Assembly: GCF_009914755.1 (NCBI RefSeq)
Contig: NC_060925.1
Reading direction: 5' to 3' (one strand)
Source: the human T2T-CHM13v2.0 reference genome, Homo sapiens
DNA length: 64,000 nt
The notes beneath the pieces were generated by a model, which worked only from the letters and a program-made list of their open reading frames with translations, made no database searches and had not been told where the DNA came from. Positions within the stretch are counted from its first letter, which is position 1. Each line of letters starts with the position of its first letter. The position numbers and the translations under genes were made by a program. This document shows, piece after piece, positions 29,131 to 43,618 of this stretch.

Positions 29131-31735
29131 TGTGACCTGCTGACCTCTCCTGTACTCCAGCCAACCTACAGTTTCCCAGCATCTGATGGACAACTACTAG
29201 TTAACCAAATGTTCCTTGCTTGTTCTGGCCACTGTGCCTGGGACATGCTGTTCCCTTTGCCTGAAATGCCATCCTCCTCACTCCATCCATTTCATCCTTA
29301 AGTCTCAGGCTAAGGGTTGCCTCCTATGTGAAGCCTTCTGACCCCTGGGCAGAGGCATCTGCTTCCAACATATTTTGTTAGGTCTCCTAGCATGTGGCAT
29401 AGTTACCTATGAGCCAGTCAGCTGCCACCACTGGACTTGGAGCCCTCAGAGGCTGTGTCTCATTATGGTTGTCTCCCTCATCGCTTGTCCAGGGTCTACA
29501 TCTGACCCACTGTAAACACTAAGTATTTTTTCATTAATAATAATGACAAATGAAATATGAGATTATGACACATGAGATAGTGCACCTTTGCATTTCTTGT
29601 TCTGGATTGTCACTTCTTTCTTTTCCTATTGAACTTCGGGTATGTAGGTCAGACACCCAGTGAGGGCAAACTTCTCAAGCATATCACATTGTGAAGACTA
29701 AGGCTTATTCCAGGGAAGCTGCTATGGCTCCAGCATTTCCTGGAGCTTCAGAACCCAAGGCATGTGTCTCCTAGAGGGGCAAATATTCACCTTGTAAGTC
29801 TACATACATTGTGTAAAACTAGTCAAAACTCTTTCAGAACCAGGTGAAGAGGATGAGTGATGGAAACAGGGACTGGCTCATAATGGGTGCTCTAGTCCAT
29901 GTTTGTTAAATAAACCAGAGCAAGAAGACATGGAGGGAAGGAAAAAAGGAAGAAAAAACAAGATGAATTTTCTTATTTGGCTCTTAGACTAAACTTAAAT
30001 GTCACTTTACAAAAAGGGAGTTGGCAGAGAAATAGAATCATAAGAGAAGGAAAAGGAACCAGCTTTTGTTGGGTGTTTATAATGTGTTTAATGGACCAGG
30101 CATTTTGTTTATGTGATCTTACTTTAATTTAAATGTGATACCACCCCACCAGAGCAGATATTATCATCTGAGTTCTACAGATGAGAAAATTTGAGCGCAG
30201 AGAAATTAAACAGTTTCCCAAGGCCTTATAGGTTTAAACTGTGGGTCTAATGAAATCAAAACTAGACTTAAACCCTTAAACCGGAGTCTCTGTGACTTCA
30301 CCTCCCCTGATTTCTCCACATGAGTGAGATGTCTGGAGTCTCCCAAAGGGACTTCTTACAAGAGTCACACCCATTTGGATCCATGTATTCTGAGTGATTT
30401 TGTTTTTAGAAATCAGTCTCATTGCTTCATAATCACAGTTTATAGGTACCATGAGGACAAGTGCTGTGCTTTATTGATCCTAGTATCCCAAGACACTATC
30501 ACAGTGCCTTTCCCCACCAGGAATGCTCAGACCATATTTACTGAAGGCCTTAAGTCAGATTCTCTGGCTTTATATAGTTGATCCACCCCAACATGCTCAA
30601 TTCTCTGAGTCTTCTGATTTCTTCCTCCCTTCTCGCCCCTGGCTTGTCTACTTCAGTTAGTGTGGGCCCCTAGCATGGCCTCCTGAAAGATCCCCACACC
30701 CAATCTAGTGGCATATTGAGACTGTCTCTCAGGGTCCTTACCATATGTTAAATCCTGTGTAACACTACTGAGTGCTCCCATATCAATAAATTCTCCATTA
30801 TTCGACTGTCTATACCATCACCACCACCCCCTGCCCCCGCCCCTGCCCACCACCCCCGTGTCACCCATCTTGGATCCTCAGGATCCAGTTCTAGACACAC
30901 ACTCCTGGCTCCTGCTGGTGTAGGTTGGCTAGGCCCTATAGCTCCTTCAGGGTCTAGTCCCTTTCCTGGAAGCCCAGCAAGTCCCTGGCAGAATTATGTT
31001 GTGACTCGATCCTCATTTCTGGTCTGTTGGCCTGGAAGGGGAGCAGAAGGGTTCTACCTTGCCAGGCAGAGTCCTCTCTGTCATCTTCAAGCAAGGAGGA
31101 AGAGTTAGCCCATAATTGGGAAGACTGAGCCACTTCTGCAGCCCAGGAGGTACAAGCAGAGCTGGAATGTCAACATTCTCAGGTTCTCAAGGGCTTCAAC
31201 CCAGATATTCTTAGCCCACATCTAAGGGTCCCACACCTCCTGACCAGGGCCCTGGCCTTCGTCTGTCAGGATGGTAAATTAGACTTTCATTGAAACTCTG
31301 CTACCCTTGTAATTAAGTCATGGCCTGATTCTCAGCTTCTCCTGCCCTCCAACTGCAGGAGATAAGAAAATGCTGTCAAGGAGGCCCTCTGACTTTCACA
31401 CTTTGTCTTAAATTAGTGAATAATCACTTCAAGCCTGCACGACTTTCTCCAATACACTGATAGCACTCAGCAGCAGCATCTCATTCCACCGTCTTAATAA
31501 TTGTGCTTTCCTCCATAGCTCTTGAATATCTGATATATTACACCTGTGGGTGCCTTTCCTTTCACTATAACCCCATCTCAGCTCCCTAAAAGTGAAAATT
31601 CTCCCATTTGTCAGGCTATAGCATGCCAGGTTCTATCAGTACTCTCCCTGCTCCAGAGATGGGATTTTAGTTGCCAGCCAGACAGCAGGTGATTCAGCTC
31701 CAAAATCCCAGTGTAGAGCCACTCTTGGTACCAAC

Positions 31736-32155
31736 TGTCTTAGGATGAGGTTCAGTGCCTTGGGAAACAGACTCTAAGGCAGATATTTGCATGCAGGAAG
31801 TTTACTGGTGAGTGCTTCCGGAAACACCAGCCATGAGGGAGTAAGCAAAGTAGGATTAGGTGGAGGGAGAAGTTGAGCTGGGATGCAGCAGTCAGAGGCT
31901 CTGCAGTTTGGATGGTGCTTCTGAATTGTCACAAATTGAGGCCAGGGGACCAGGTTCTTGTACCTTTGACATCAATCCATGATGGATATGGACTGCCAAT
32001 AGAAACCAGGCATAGCTTTGCTTGGGGGAGTACCATTCAACCAAGAGTAAATCTTGAACAAGAAGAACTGTGAGCTGTCAGTTACCAACACTATTGGCAA
32101 TTAGGGGAATGATCTTAGTTGGGCATCTGGGCAGTACTCTACAGCATTCTCTACA
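31736..32155 (-). mobile_element. ERVL solo LTR, LTR16-like
   Basis: tgtcttagg...gaaacagactctaaggcagatatttgcatgcaggaagtttactgg...gggagaagttgagctgggatgcag...cattctctaca. Confidence 0.65.
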
Positions 32156-32454
32156 CTGGATGAATAGATGGATGAATGAATGAATAATGAATGAATGAAT
32201 GTTCTGCTTGTCTTCCTAACTACTTTGGAAATCCTGAGAAAAGGACTTTGATATTCTGTGGTCTTTTTAGACCCAGCAGTGCTGGTTGCCCAGTTATTAT
32301 AATTGTTGCTTTAGCCTTAGAAAGAACCTTTGAAAATGCCGCTGTAATTCAATTTACTTATTTTCCAGATTAAAAAAAAATCAAGGTCTAAAATGATTAA
32401 ATAATTTGCCTAAAGCTCCACAGTAAGTTTGTGATTCAGCCTAGACTTCATAAG

Positions 32455-32910
32455 CATTTTATCAGCCTCAGAAACAGAGGTTTAAGCACATGAGGATTTC
32501 CTCTATTGTACAAAAGAAGTCCGAAGTCCCAGCGTTGGTTGAAGGCTCTATGGTTATCAGGGACACCCCCATTCTATCACATGGCTTCCATCCTCAAAGT
32601 CACCTCAAGGTCCAACATGGCTTCAGAGATCCATGAAACACGTCTGGTTTTAGCTTGGCAGCAGGAGAAATCAGGAGAAAGCAAAAGGACACTTTACTAT
32701 TCCTTTCAAGGAGCCTTCCCTGAAGCCCCACTAGCCCCTTCTGACTACACCACCCTTGAGCAGAACTTTGTCCTGTGACTTCTCCACCTGTAAGGAGAGC
32801 TAGGAAATGTAGCTTTATTCTAGATGACAATTTGCCCAGTAAAGAATAGGAGTTCCATATTGCAACACAAAGGGGAAAACAAGTATTTGGTAGGTAATTT
32901 ACAATCTCTA
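32455..32910 (-). mobile_element. MaLR solo LTR, MLT1J-like
   Basis: atggcttccatcctcaaagtcacctcaaggtccaacatggc...cagaactttgtcctgtgac...ctaggaaatgtagcttt. Confidence 0.65.
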
Positions 32911-34527
32911 ACATATTGGTTATTGGGCTGTTACAGAAAAGCATACATTTCGGAATCATACCTAGATCGGTCTCCTCCTACATGTAAGACTAGCTTAAAG
33001 TTATTTAACCTCTAGACTTTTAGTTTCTACATGTGTGAAACAGACAACAATCCTTATCCTCACAGATGTATTGTGCACTAATGTGTGGAAAGCACCTAGC
33101 ACAGTGTCAAGTATTTGGATTGGTAGAATGTCTATCCCTCCTACTCCCACATTATTGAATAACTTGGTTAAAACTTAATGGCATTACACCCCATTGTCCT
33201 GTTCAAATAAACCTGAGGAACAGTTACTATTTTGTTCTTGGAGCATAGTGTGATTGAGACACATGTCCAAGCTTTCCACCCATTTGCTGGGTGTAGTTTA
33301 AGGGGGAAGAATAGAAAAGTCTGTTTCGATACTTTCCACTGACTTTTCCTTGCATTCAGGTGGAGGCAGACAGACATAAAACAAAAACCATTCCCAGAGA
33401 ATTTTTGAAATAAAAGCCTTTCTTCTCTATTTTATCCCATTCAGGAGACCAGATCTGAGTTCACTTGCTGGGCAGATCCTCCCCATGCAACACAGCCACT
33501 GCCTCCTCTACGCAGACCTCCCTGCTCCTTTGGGTGGCTCAGCCCCTCAGAGAGTTTATAGTTACATTACTGAGTTAGACCCTGTGCAAGAAGCTGGGGA
33601 TATAGACATGTGGAAGTAAAGGTTTCTGCTTTTGAACAACCCCAGTCTAGTGAGAGAGACCAATATGTGAAGAGATAATATCACTTACTTTAATTGGATG
33701 CTCTATAAAAGGACATAGGGGGTACAGAGAAGCTCCTAACCCAACTTGGAGCAGGAAGTTCATTGAGGACTTCTCAGAGGTGGTTATGTTTAAGCTGCAT
33801 CTTAAAGGATGAAGAAGAGGGCAAAGCAGGGAGAGAGTATCCAAGGAGAGAGAACAGCAAGGACAAAAGTTTGGTAGAATGACACAGGAGTGTGTTAGAA
33901 ACTGCAAATTGTTTCGTAATAGTTAGATTATAAATGAGGACATAGGGAGACTTCATTATTGGAAGGGTCATTGGGTCTGACATTTGAAGTACCAATGCTT
34001 TGCCCCCAAGCCACCTCTCTTCATGAACTCTGGAAAGCAGTGACCTCCGACATCAGTGTCGGTATTCAAGCAGTGGCAAATGGCAGGGGATACAGCATAG
34101 TAAAGCTGCTCTAATCATTCTGTAATTGATCGTTGCTAGAGTCACTTTTAGTTTTAGGATTCTGTGATTCAGGATGCTACCAGAGCACTTTTTTATAGAT
34201 GTGTCATCTGAAAACATCTGGCCTTGAGTTTCTTTGTGTTCTCTTGGCAGTTCCTAATTTTCTTTAAATAGAAAATACACAAGAAAATAGATGAGCAATT
34301 TTGAACACCTACATTGTAATAAACAGCTACTTTCACATGCCAGCTTCTGTAAGCCTCACAGGTAATTGTGATAAAAATGACTAGCCTACATCTTAACAGA
34401 TAATGAAACTGGCCCAGAGAGGTTAAGTGACATGCCTAATGTTACACAGCTGGTGAGTAATGGCACGGGGAGTTAAACCTAAGAGCACCTGACTCCAAGT
34501 CTCTGCAAACTTAAGATGCACCATCTT

Positions 34528-34948
<421 letters not shown>

Positions 34949-37230
34949 TCACCTTGAAATTGAGACAGTAACTGAGAATTCCAAAAGAGACAGCCTGAAC
35001 ATGCTGAGGTTCAGTTTTCCCTAGGAGACTGGGGATTTATTTCATAATTCACTCTTTTGTTAGCAAATTCTTGCCACAGATGGTTTTTAATGTCTCAGTA
35101 TCATAGAAGGTTGGACTTCAGTCTACTGTAAACCAACCCTCATTTTTGTACATGTGAGGACATCAAGGCTCAAAGTGGAGCAGAGGGTTACACATGGTCA
35201 CTCAGAGAGTGAGCAGAATTTAATGTAATTTCGTGAGAATATTGCTTTTGGATTTATTGTCTCCCTTTTTCTAGTGGATTTTTGGCTCCAGGAAAAGATG
35301 CAATAAGCGAGGCATGAGCCTAGACATGCAGACTTTTGGCAGGAGTTGTTGTGCTAGTTCAGAAACTGGTATAAAAACTTTAAAGGGGGTGGGAGAAGAT
35401 CATCAGGTTTCTGCTGACTTGGGATCATCAGAAAGTCAACTCTTCTCAGCATGAAGCACTGTACCGAAGGAATGTGTAGGACCATGTGGGTATTGCAGAG
35501 AATTTTATGTCTCCAGGAGGAAAAGAAGCTTACAGACCATTAAGTACAATTTTCCAATTTTGCAAATGAGCAAACTGAGGCTCAGAGAGGTGAGGTGACT
35601 TTTACATAGTCATAAAGCTAGGGAGAGGCAGAGCCAGGATTCAAATCCAGTCCTTATGAGCCAGAAAGGCTCTGCATCAGTCACTAGAGCACCAAACACT
35701 TGGGTTCAGTCTCTGGTTCTGCTGCTTTCAAGCTTTGTGTCTTTAGTAAGTTGCTTAACATCTCTGAACATTAGCCACCTTGTCAATAAAATGAGGTCAG
35801 TGGTCTATACTCAGAGTGTTGCTGTGAGAATTAAATATTACTATTACATAGGTGGAAGTGTCTGGTACATAGTAGCTATTCATTCTGTGCCAGAGCCGCC
35901 CACCCCACCCTGAAGCCTTGGAAATATTTCTTTGAGGCAAGGGAGACAGTGAGTTGTCACCGGTTATTTTAAATATAAAGGTGTCAGTTAGGAAGTCAGT
36001 GTGTGAAAATGCCTGGTGTTCTGAAGAAGAAAGAAGCAGCACAGTGTTTCTGGAGCATAGGTGTGAGCAGGAGTCCGTGGGGCTGGAGGAACCAGCAATG
36101 GGCAGAGCCTGGTGGAGTGTTTTGTTGTTGTTTGCCATGTGAAGTAGCTTACACTTGGTCCTCTATGTGAAGGAAAACACAAAAGGTCTTAACCCAGAAG
36201 AATACCTGGATTTGCATGTTTTAAAGGGCCCCATAAAGACTGTGTGTCTAGGTGAGAGCGGATATCAGGGAGCTATTAAGAAACTATTGTAATTGTCCAG
36301 GAGAGAGGCAGTAGGGCCTGAACTGGGGCAGAAGAAGTTAATGTGGCCTAGATGGCAGAGACAGGGTTTGGAAATCTAGATCAATAGGGTTTGGAAACTA
36401 ACTTAATGTAGAGGGTAAGAAAGAAGAAAGTATTTACAATGATTCCCTCTTCTGGCATTAAAACATAAAAACTTCCACAGACCAAAGTTACGATAAACAA
36501 AGTGAGAAAGGCAAGAGACAAATGGGGAAAAGTATTTGCTACGTATATGAAAGATAATAGACTATATACAAGTATTAACTAAGAATATCAATAAGAAAAA
36601 GATTTTTAAAAGTCTAACAGAAAAGAACTGATATAAACAAATAAATCCAGAAGGAGAAATATAAATGGGCAGTAAACTTTGGAAAAGAAGCCCAATATCA
36701 CTAGTAATCAGAAAAATAAAACACTGAGGTATCACTTCATACATATTGTCACATACTGAAAAATCTAATGATACCAACAGTTGATGAGCACAGGAAACAG
36801 TGAAAAGACTCAGACATTGCTGGTGTAAGTCTAAATTGTTACATCATCACTTTGGAGAACATTTGGGCATTATTCAGTAAATTTGATGATAGGTATACTC
36901 TGTATCTCAGCAATTTCACATTTAAGTATATATTGTGGATAAGCTCTGCATATATTCACAGAGAATACGCAGACAAAACCCAAGAGCGTATCAATGGAGA
37001 AATGCATTGTAGTATATTCATCTCATGTAAGACTTATAACAGTTAAAAATAACTGAGCTGGGACATTCTGGTTTTAGCTAGTGAGCACACTCTAATCTGT
37101 CTCTCTTACTACTGACAACTAAAAAGCCTGGAGAGAATACATAAGGAATTATCTGAGGACTCTGACAAGTAAACAATAACAGGTGGGTTGGGAAGGGAAA
37201 TAAAAACTGAAAGCACAACTGATACAGGGG

Positions 37231-37911
37231 TGTAATTAGTCAGCATTCTCAAGAGAAAACCAATAGGATGCATATATATATATTTTTTTCTTTATGTGTG
37301 TGTGTGTATATATATATATATACACACACACACATAAAGATATATGTACATATATACACACATACAGATGTATCTATAGATATATATCTGTCTATAGATA
37401 TAGATAGATATATATCTATATATCAAGAGAGATTTATTGTAAGAAATTGGATCATGTGATTATAGAAGCTGAAAGGCCTCAAGATCTTCAGTCAGTGAAC
37501 TGGAGGCCTAGGACAGATGGTGGTATAGTTCCATTCTGAATCTGAAGGTCTGAGAACCAGGAGAGCCACTGGTGTAGAACCAGTCCACAAGCTGGTAGCC
37601 TCAAGACCTAGGAAGAGCTGATGCTTCAAGTTTGAAGGAAGGAAAAAAACAATGTCCCAGCTCGAAGTCAGTCAGGCAGGATGAGCTCCCTCTTATTCAT
37701 GGGAAGGTCAGTCTTTTTGTTCTATTCAGGCCTTCAACTGATTGGATGATACCCATACACACTGGGGAGGGCCATCTGCTTACTCAGTCTGTCAATCTAA
37801 ATATTAATCTCATTCACAAAAAACCTTGTAGACACACCCAAAATAATGTTTGATCAAATGTTTGGGTACCCCAATGCCCAGTCAAGTTGATACATAAAAT
37901 CAACCATCACT
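37231..37911 (-). mobile_element. ERVL solo LTR, MLT2 family
   Basis: tgtaattagtcagcattctc...ccagtcaagttgatacataaaatcaaccatcac; internal TA/CA tract typical of MLT2; 5-bp TSD AGGGG at 37226-37230 and 37912-37916. Confidence 0.88.
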
Positions 37912-38752
37912 AGGGGGTTAAGTGTCCTGAGGTTTTCTCCCCCTGCTATATCTCCTAGCTTAAACCCTAGGGCAGCCTGGATCTCTGAAGTGTGCAGTAA
38001 ACATGGACAGAAAAACATCAAGATGAACTCTCTCTTTCTGGCTGGAAGACTGGGAGGGCGGGCCCTTCAGGACAAAGACTGTAGGGGTACTCTCATTTCA
38101 TTTTACTTTTTTTATTCTCCTAGCTTGGTGCCAAAGCCAGACTTAGTCATGAACTATACTCCTGCAGCAGTGGTGGCAACAGTGGTTCTTAGGCAATAAA
38201 AAGTGTAAGAGAAAATTCTTCCCTCTGACCAAAGGAACTGGGAAAATAGACCCCTGCAGTCTAAAGACTGTGAAGCAGTCTCCATTATTTTGTTCCTCCT
38301 TTTTCTAACTGCTTCATTCTCAAAGTGGACACAGTTGTGAAAAATGTCTGACAGCACAGGAGGCTAAAACCCTGGCTTTCTCTCCAGCACAACAGGAAAA
38401 TGTGACCCTGCATATGGAAGAGTGGGGAAATCATAGAGAAGAGGGAGATGGAAAAAGAGATCTCTTAAATCTGGGTATGAAATCCTGGGCTCACTCGCAG
38501 GATTCACGTACAAGGAACTGACCCAAAACAGTATAATGAAGGCTTTGAGTCTGAACTACAATGTGGGCCGTTTCCTAGGCCCCAGACCAGCCCCTGGATA
38601 GTGTCCACATGGGGCAGACCCTAATAGCACTGCAAAGGCTTTGAAAATGAAGCTAGCATTAGAACCTCATCCCACAAAAAGTAAGTTGGGAGTTGGGGTA
38701 TGAGCCTAACTCTTTTAATTGCTTTAGAAAAAAATCAACATTCTTCAGAGAA

Positions 38753-39049
38753 TTTTTTTTTTTTTTTGAGACAGAGTCTCAGCGCAACACCCACACTGGA
38801 GTGCAATGGAATGATCACAGCTCACTCCAGCCTCAACTTTCCTAGGCTCAGGTACTTCTCCCATCTCAGCCTCCCAAGTAGCTGGGACAGCAGGTGCACA
38901 CCACCATGCTTGATTAATTTTTTGTATTTTTTGTAAAGACAGGGTTTTGCCATGTTTCCCAGGCTAGACTCAAACTCCTGGGCTCAAGTGACCTACCCAT
39001 CTTGGCCTCCCAAAGTGCTGAGATTACAGGCAAACCACCACACCCAGCC
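38753..39049 (-). mobile_element. AluJ
   Basis: AluJ-type actcctgggctcaagtg and cagcctcaac; degenerate TSD tcttca(g/a)agaat. Confidence 0.9.
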
Positions 39050-39516
39050 TCTTCAAAGAATCTTAACAGGACCTAGAGAATTATACATAATTCAAATGTC
39101 TAAGATACAATTCAAAATTAATCAATACACAAATAACAAAAAAAAAAAAAAAAAACAAGAAAATCTCACCAACTCTCAAAGAAAAAAGACAATCAACCAA
39201 TCAACAGACACCAACACCAAATTGACCAAGGTACCGATGGTGGAATAAACAAAGACTCTAAGAAACTGTTATACACACACACATACACACCTCCTCCACA
39301 CACACACAAATATAATTAAGCTCCATGAAGTGGGAGAGAACATTAGTGAATAGTGAAACAAATGAAAAGATGGACACTTTCAGCAAAGAAAATAGAAGCT
39401 ATTGAAAAAAAATGAAAATTTTGTAATGAAAAATACAATGATAGAAATAAAATAATTCGCTGAAGGAGATCAGTAACATAATGGAAATAGAGTCAGTGAA
39501 CTTGAAGATGAGGAAT

Positions 39517-39730
39517 TAGGCTGGCCATCTTTTCCTGTAAAGGAACAGATAGTAAATATTTTAGAATTGAATGACCATAAACTATGTCATAACTCCTCAG
39601 CTCTACAATTATAGCATGAAAACAGCCATAGATCATATGTAAATTAATGGAAATAGCTGTTTCAATAAATCTTTATTTAATGAACAGGCAAGCTAGATTT
39701 GTCCTGTGAACCATGGTTTTCTGACCACTG
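39517..39730 (+). mobile_element. hAT-Charlie MITE, MER58A-like
   Basis: tttcctgtaaaggaacagatagtaaatattttag...aaaacagccataga...caataaatctttattt...ctgaccactg. Confidence 0.8.
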
Positions 39731-39934
39731 AGATAGATCAATAGAAGCTATCTAATCTGAAAAATACAGAAAAGTAACTGAAAAACAATAAGCAGTCTCA
39801 GGGACAAGTGGCCTGATATCACAAGATGTAACATTCATGTCATCAGAGTGAAATGACAGAATGATAGAAAAGAGAAGAAAGAGATTAGTATTAGAAAAAT
39901 ATTTGAAGAAATCACAGCTAAAACTTCTCAGATT

Positions 39935-40982
39935 CGGGGGAATTCATGTGGAGGTCAAAGTGGAAACAGGTGTGAGAGGTCCAGCAGAAGAAAACATGGC
40001 TTCCAAAGTGTTTGAGTCCATAGGCAAGTTTGGCCTGGTCTAAGCTGTTGCAGGAGGCGTGGTGAACTCTGCCTTATATAATGTGGATGCTGGGCACAGA
40101 GCTGTCATCCTTGACCGATTCCGTGGAGTACAGGAAATTGTGGTAGGGGAAGGGACTCACTTTCTCATCCTCTGGGTACAGAAACCAGTTATCTTTGACT
40201 GCCATTCTTGACCACGTAATGTGTCAGTCATCACTGGTAGCAAAGATTTACAGAATGTCAACATCACACTGCACATCCCCTTCCAGCCCATCGCTAGCCA
40301 GCTTCCTCGCATCTTCACCAGCATCGGAGAGGACTATGATGAGCCTGTGCTGCCATCCATCACAACTGAGATACTCAAGTCAGTGGTGGTTTGCTTTGAT
40401 GCTGGAGAACTAATCACCCAGAGAGAGCTGGTCTCCAGGCAGGTGAGCGACAACCTTACGGAGTGAGCAGCCACCTTTAGGCTCATCCTGGACGACATGT
40501 CCTTGACATATCTGACCTTCAGGAAGGAGTTCACAGAAGCAGTGGGAGCCAAACAGGTGGCTCACCAGGAAGCCGAAAGGGCCAGATTTGTGATGGAAAA
40601 GGCTAAGCAGCAGAAAAAGGCAGCTATCATCTCTGCTGAGGGTGACTCCAAGGCAGCTGAGCTGATTGCCAACTCACTGGCCACTGCAGGGGACGGCCTG
40701 ATCGAGCTGCGCAAGCTGTAAGCTGCGGAGGACATCGCCTACCAGCTCTCACGCTCTCAGAACATCACCTACCTGCCAGCGGGGCAGTCCGTGCTCCTCC
40801 AGCTGCCCCAGTGAGGGCCCACCTTGCCTGCACCTCCACGGGCTGACTGGACCACAGCCCTGATGATATTTAACATCGACTTCCTTCTGCCCCCACCCCA
40901 GAAATCACTGTGAAATTTCATGATTGGCTTAAAGTGACGGAATTAAAGATAAAATCACTTCAGATCTCAAAAAAAAGAAAAA
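39935..40982 (+). pseudogene. PHB1 (processed pseudogene): Processed pseudogene of prohibitin 1 (PHB/PHB1)
   Basis: Intronless; PHB 5'UTR; ATG at 39996 (MASKVFESIGKFGL) to TGA at 40812-40814 = 819 nt (272 codons, collinear with PHB); four in-frame stops (codons 16, 72, 157, 242); short 3'UTR, poly(A) remnant, and 15-bp TSD aaaa(c/a)ttctcagatt at 39920-39934 and 40978-40992. Confidence 0.97.
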
Positions 40983-42466
40983 TTCTCAGATTTGATGAAA
41001 GTCATAGATTTACAGTTTTAAAAAGCTCAAGAAACCCCAAACAAGATAAATTCAAAGTAAAATACACCAAGACACATGATGAAACTGAATACAATGAAAA
41101 ACATCTTGAAAGAAACCAGAAAACATTGGGGAACAATGATCGCATATTTCTCATCAGAAACCGTGGAGACCAGAAAACAGTGAAACAACATTTTTAAAGG
41201 CCTATGAGAAAAGAGCTGCAAACCCAGAATTCTATATCTAGTGAAAATATCCTTCAGGAGCGAAGACAAAATTAAGATATTCTCAGATAAAGGAAAATCA
41301 GCAAAATGTGTTACTAGTAGACCTGCTCTAAAATAAATGCTAAAGGAAGTTCTTCAGGTGGAGAGGAAATGATAAAACAACAAAAATACTTGGGCTTTAG
41401 GAATGAAGAAAGCATAAGATAAAAAGAGAAAAGATATAATTTACCAATATCTGGAACAAAAAAGAGGCTATCACCGCAGAACTCACAGATTTTAAAGGAT
41501 AATTGATATACTATAAATAACTCATAAATTTGACAGCTTAGATAAAATGGTCCATTTTCATAAAATACACAAACTACCAAAACTCACTAGTGAAGAAATA
41601 CATGACCTACGTAGTCCTATATTTACTAAAGAAATTGAGATTATAGTTAAAGACCTTCCAATGAAGGAAAGTTTGGGTCCAAGTGCTTTTACTGGTGAAT
41701 TGCACCAAACATTAAAAAAAAGTTAATTGTATATAAGCTTTCAAAAAATAGGGAAAAGGAACATTCTCAACTCCTTTTATGTGGCCAGCATTATCCTGAT
41801 ACCCAAACCAGACACAGCACAATAATATAAAATAAAATTAAACAAAATATTAGCAAATCAAATCCAGTAGCATATGAAAAGGATAATAGCTCACAACCAA
41901 GTGGGATTAATATGAAGAATGCAAGGTGATTCATCATCGAAAAAAATCAAAGACTGTAATCCACCCTATTAACAGACTAAAGAAAAACTACATGATAATA
42001 GATGCAGAAAAAGCCATATCTATCTATGGCAGACTCAGCAAACTAGGAATAGTAGGGATCTTCCTTAACATGGTAAATGGCAACTACAAAAATAGAGTAC
42101 ATAATTCTACATGAATAAATCCCAAAGATAAAATGTTGACCAAGAAAGAAAATTGCTGGATATTTATAGTATGATATCATTTATATAAAGTTTTGCTATA
42201 TGCAAAATTATTACAATTGCTTATGGATAAAGTAGAAATGTTTGCAAGGGAATAGCAAACATTAAAATCAGAATAGTGGCCACATCTGGGGAGTGACAGA
42301 AGGGAATAGGATTGGAGATTGACACACAAGGAGCCGCAGCTTTACTGTAATGTTCGAACTCTTCTTAAAAAATCTGAATCAAATATGACAAAATGATAAG
42401 ATTTGAAGAGCAAAATGAAAGAGACATGACCATTCATTACATTGTCTGTATTTTCCTGCATAGTGA

Positions 42467-42826
<360 letters not shown>

Positions 42827-43266
42827 TAACTATGTAAGCACTATATATTTAAAATATATGAACACTGATAAAAGCGTCCTCAGGATCTTACGGAAGCACA
42901 AAGCGTAGGGGAGGAGGAAAGAATAGGTCTTCGAGGGCTTCCCGCAGGTGATGCTAGTAATTCTTAAACAGTTACCACATGCCAGATAATGCTCTAACTT
43001 CTAGAAGTAGTAGCTTACTTATTTTACACAACAACCCTATGAAGCTTGCACACCTATCCTCAGTTAGAGATAAATTGAAACCCAGAGAGGTTAAATAACT
43101 TGCTCCAAGTCAGAAAGCTAGAAAATAAGAGTTGGGATGAAAACCAGGCAGCCTAGACCCAAATCCTGAACTGGTCAACCACACGAACAATCCACTGCAA
43201 TGCTTTACTTTAGAGCAATTACTCCGCTTGCTGTGTGGACAACAGTGTAGACTCAGGCAAGGCTGA

Positions 43267-43618
<352 letters not shown>

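Noticed and set aside
32350-32428. Possible 54-nt exon (ttttccAG at 32367-32368; GTAAGT at 32423)
   Set aside because: Lies in a MIR-like remnant; isolated splice-like motifs are frequent by chance. The same applies to lone sites at about 14372, 18819, 20156 and 21943.
39861-40721. ORFs resembling prohibitin as an expressed gene
   Set aside because: Four in-frame stops (first at codon 16), no introns, poly(A) remnant and TSD identify a processed pseudogene.
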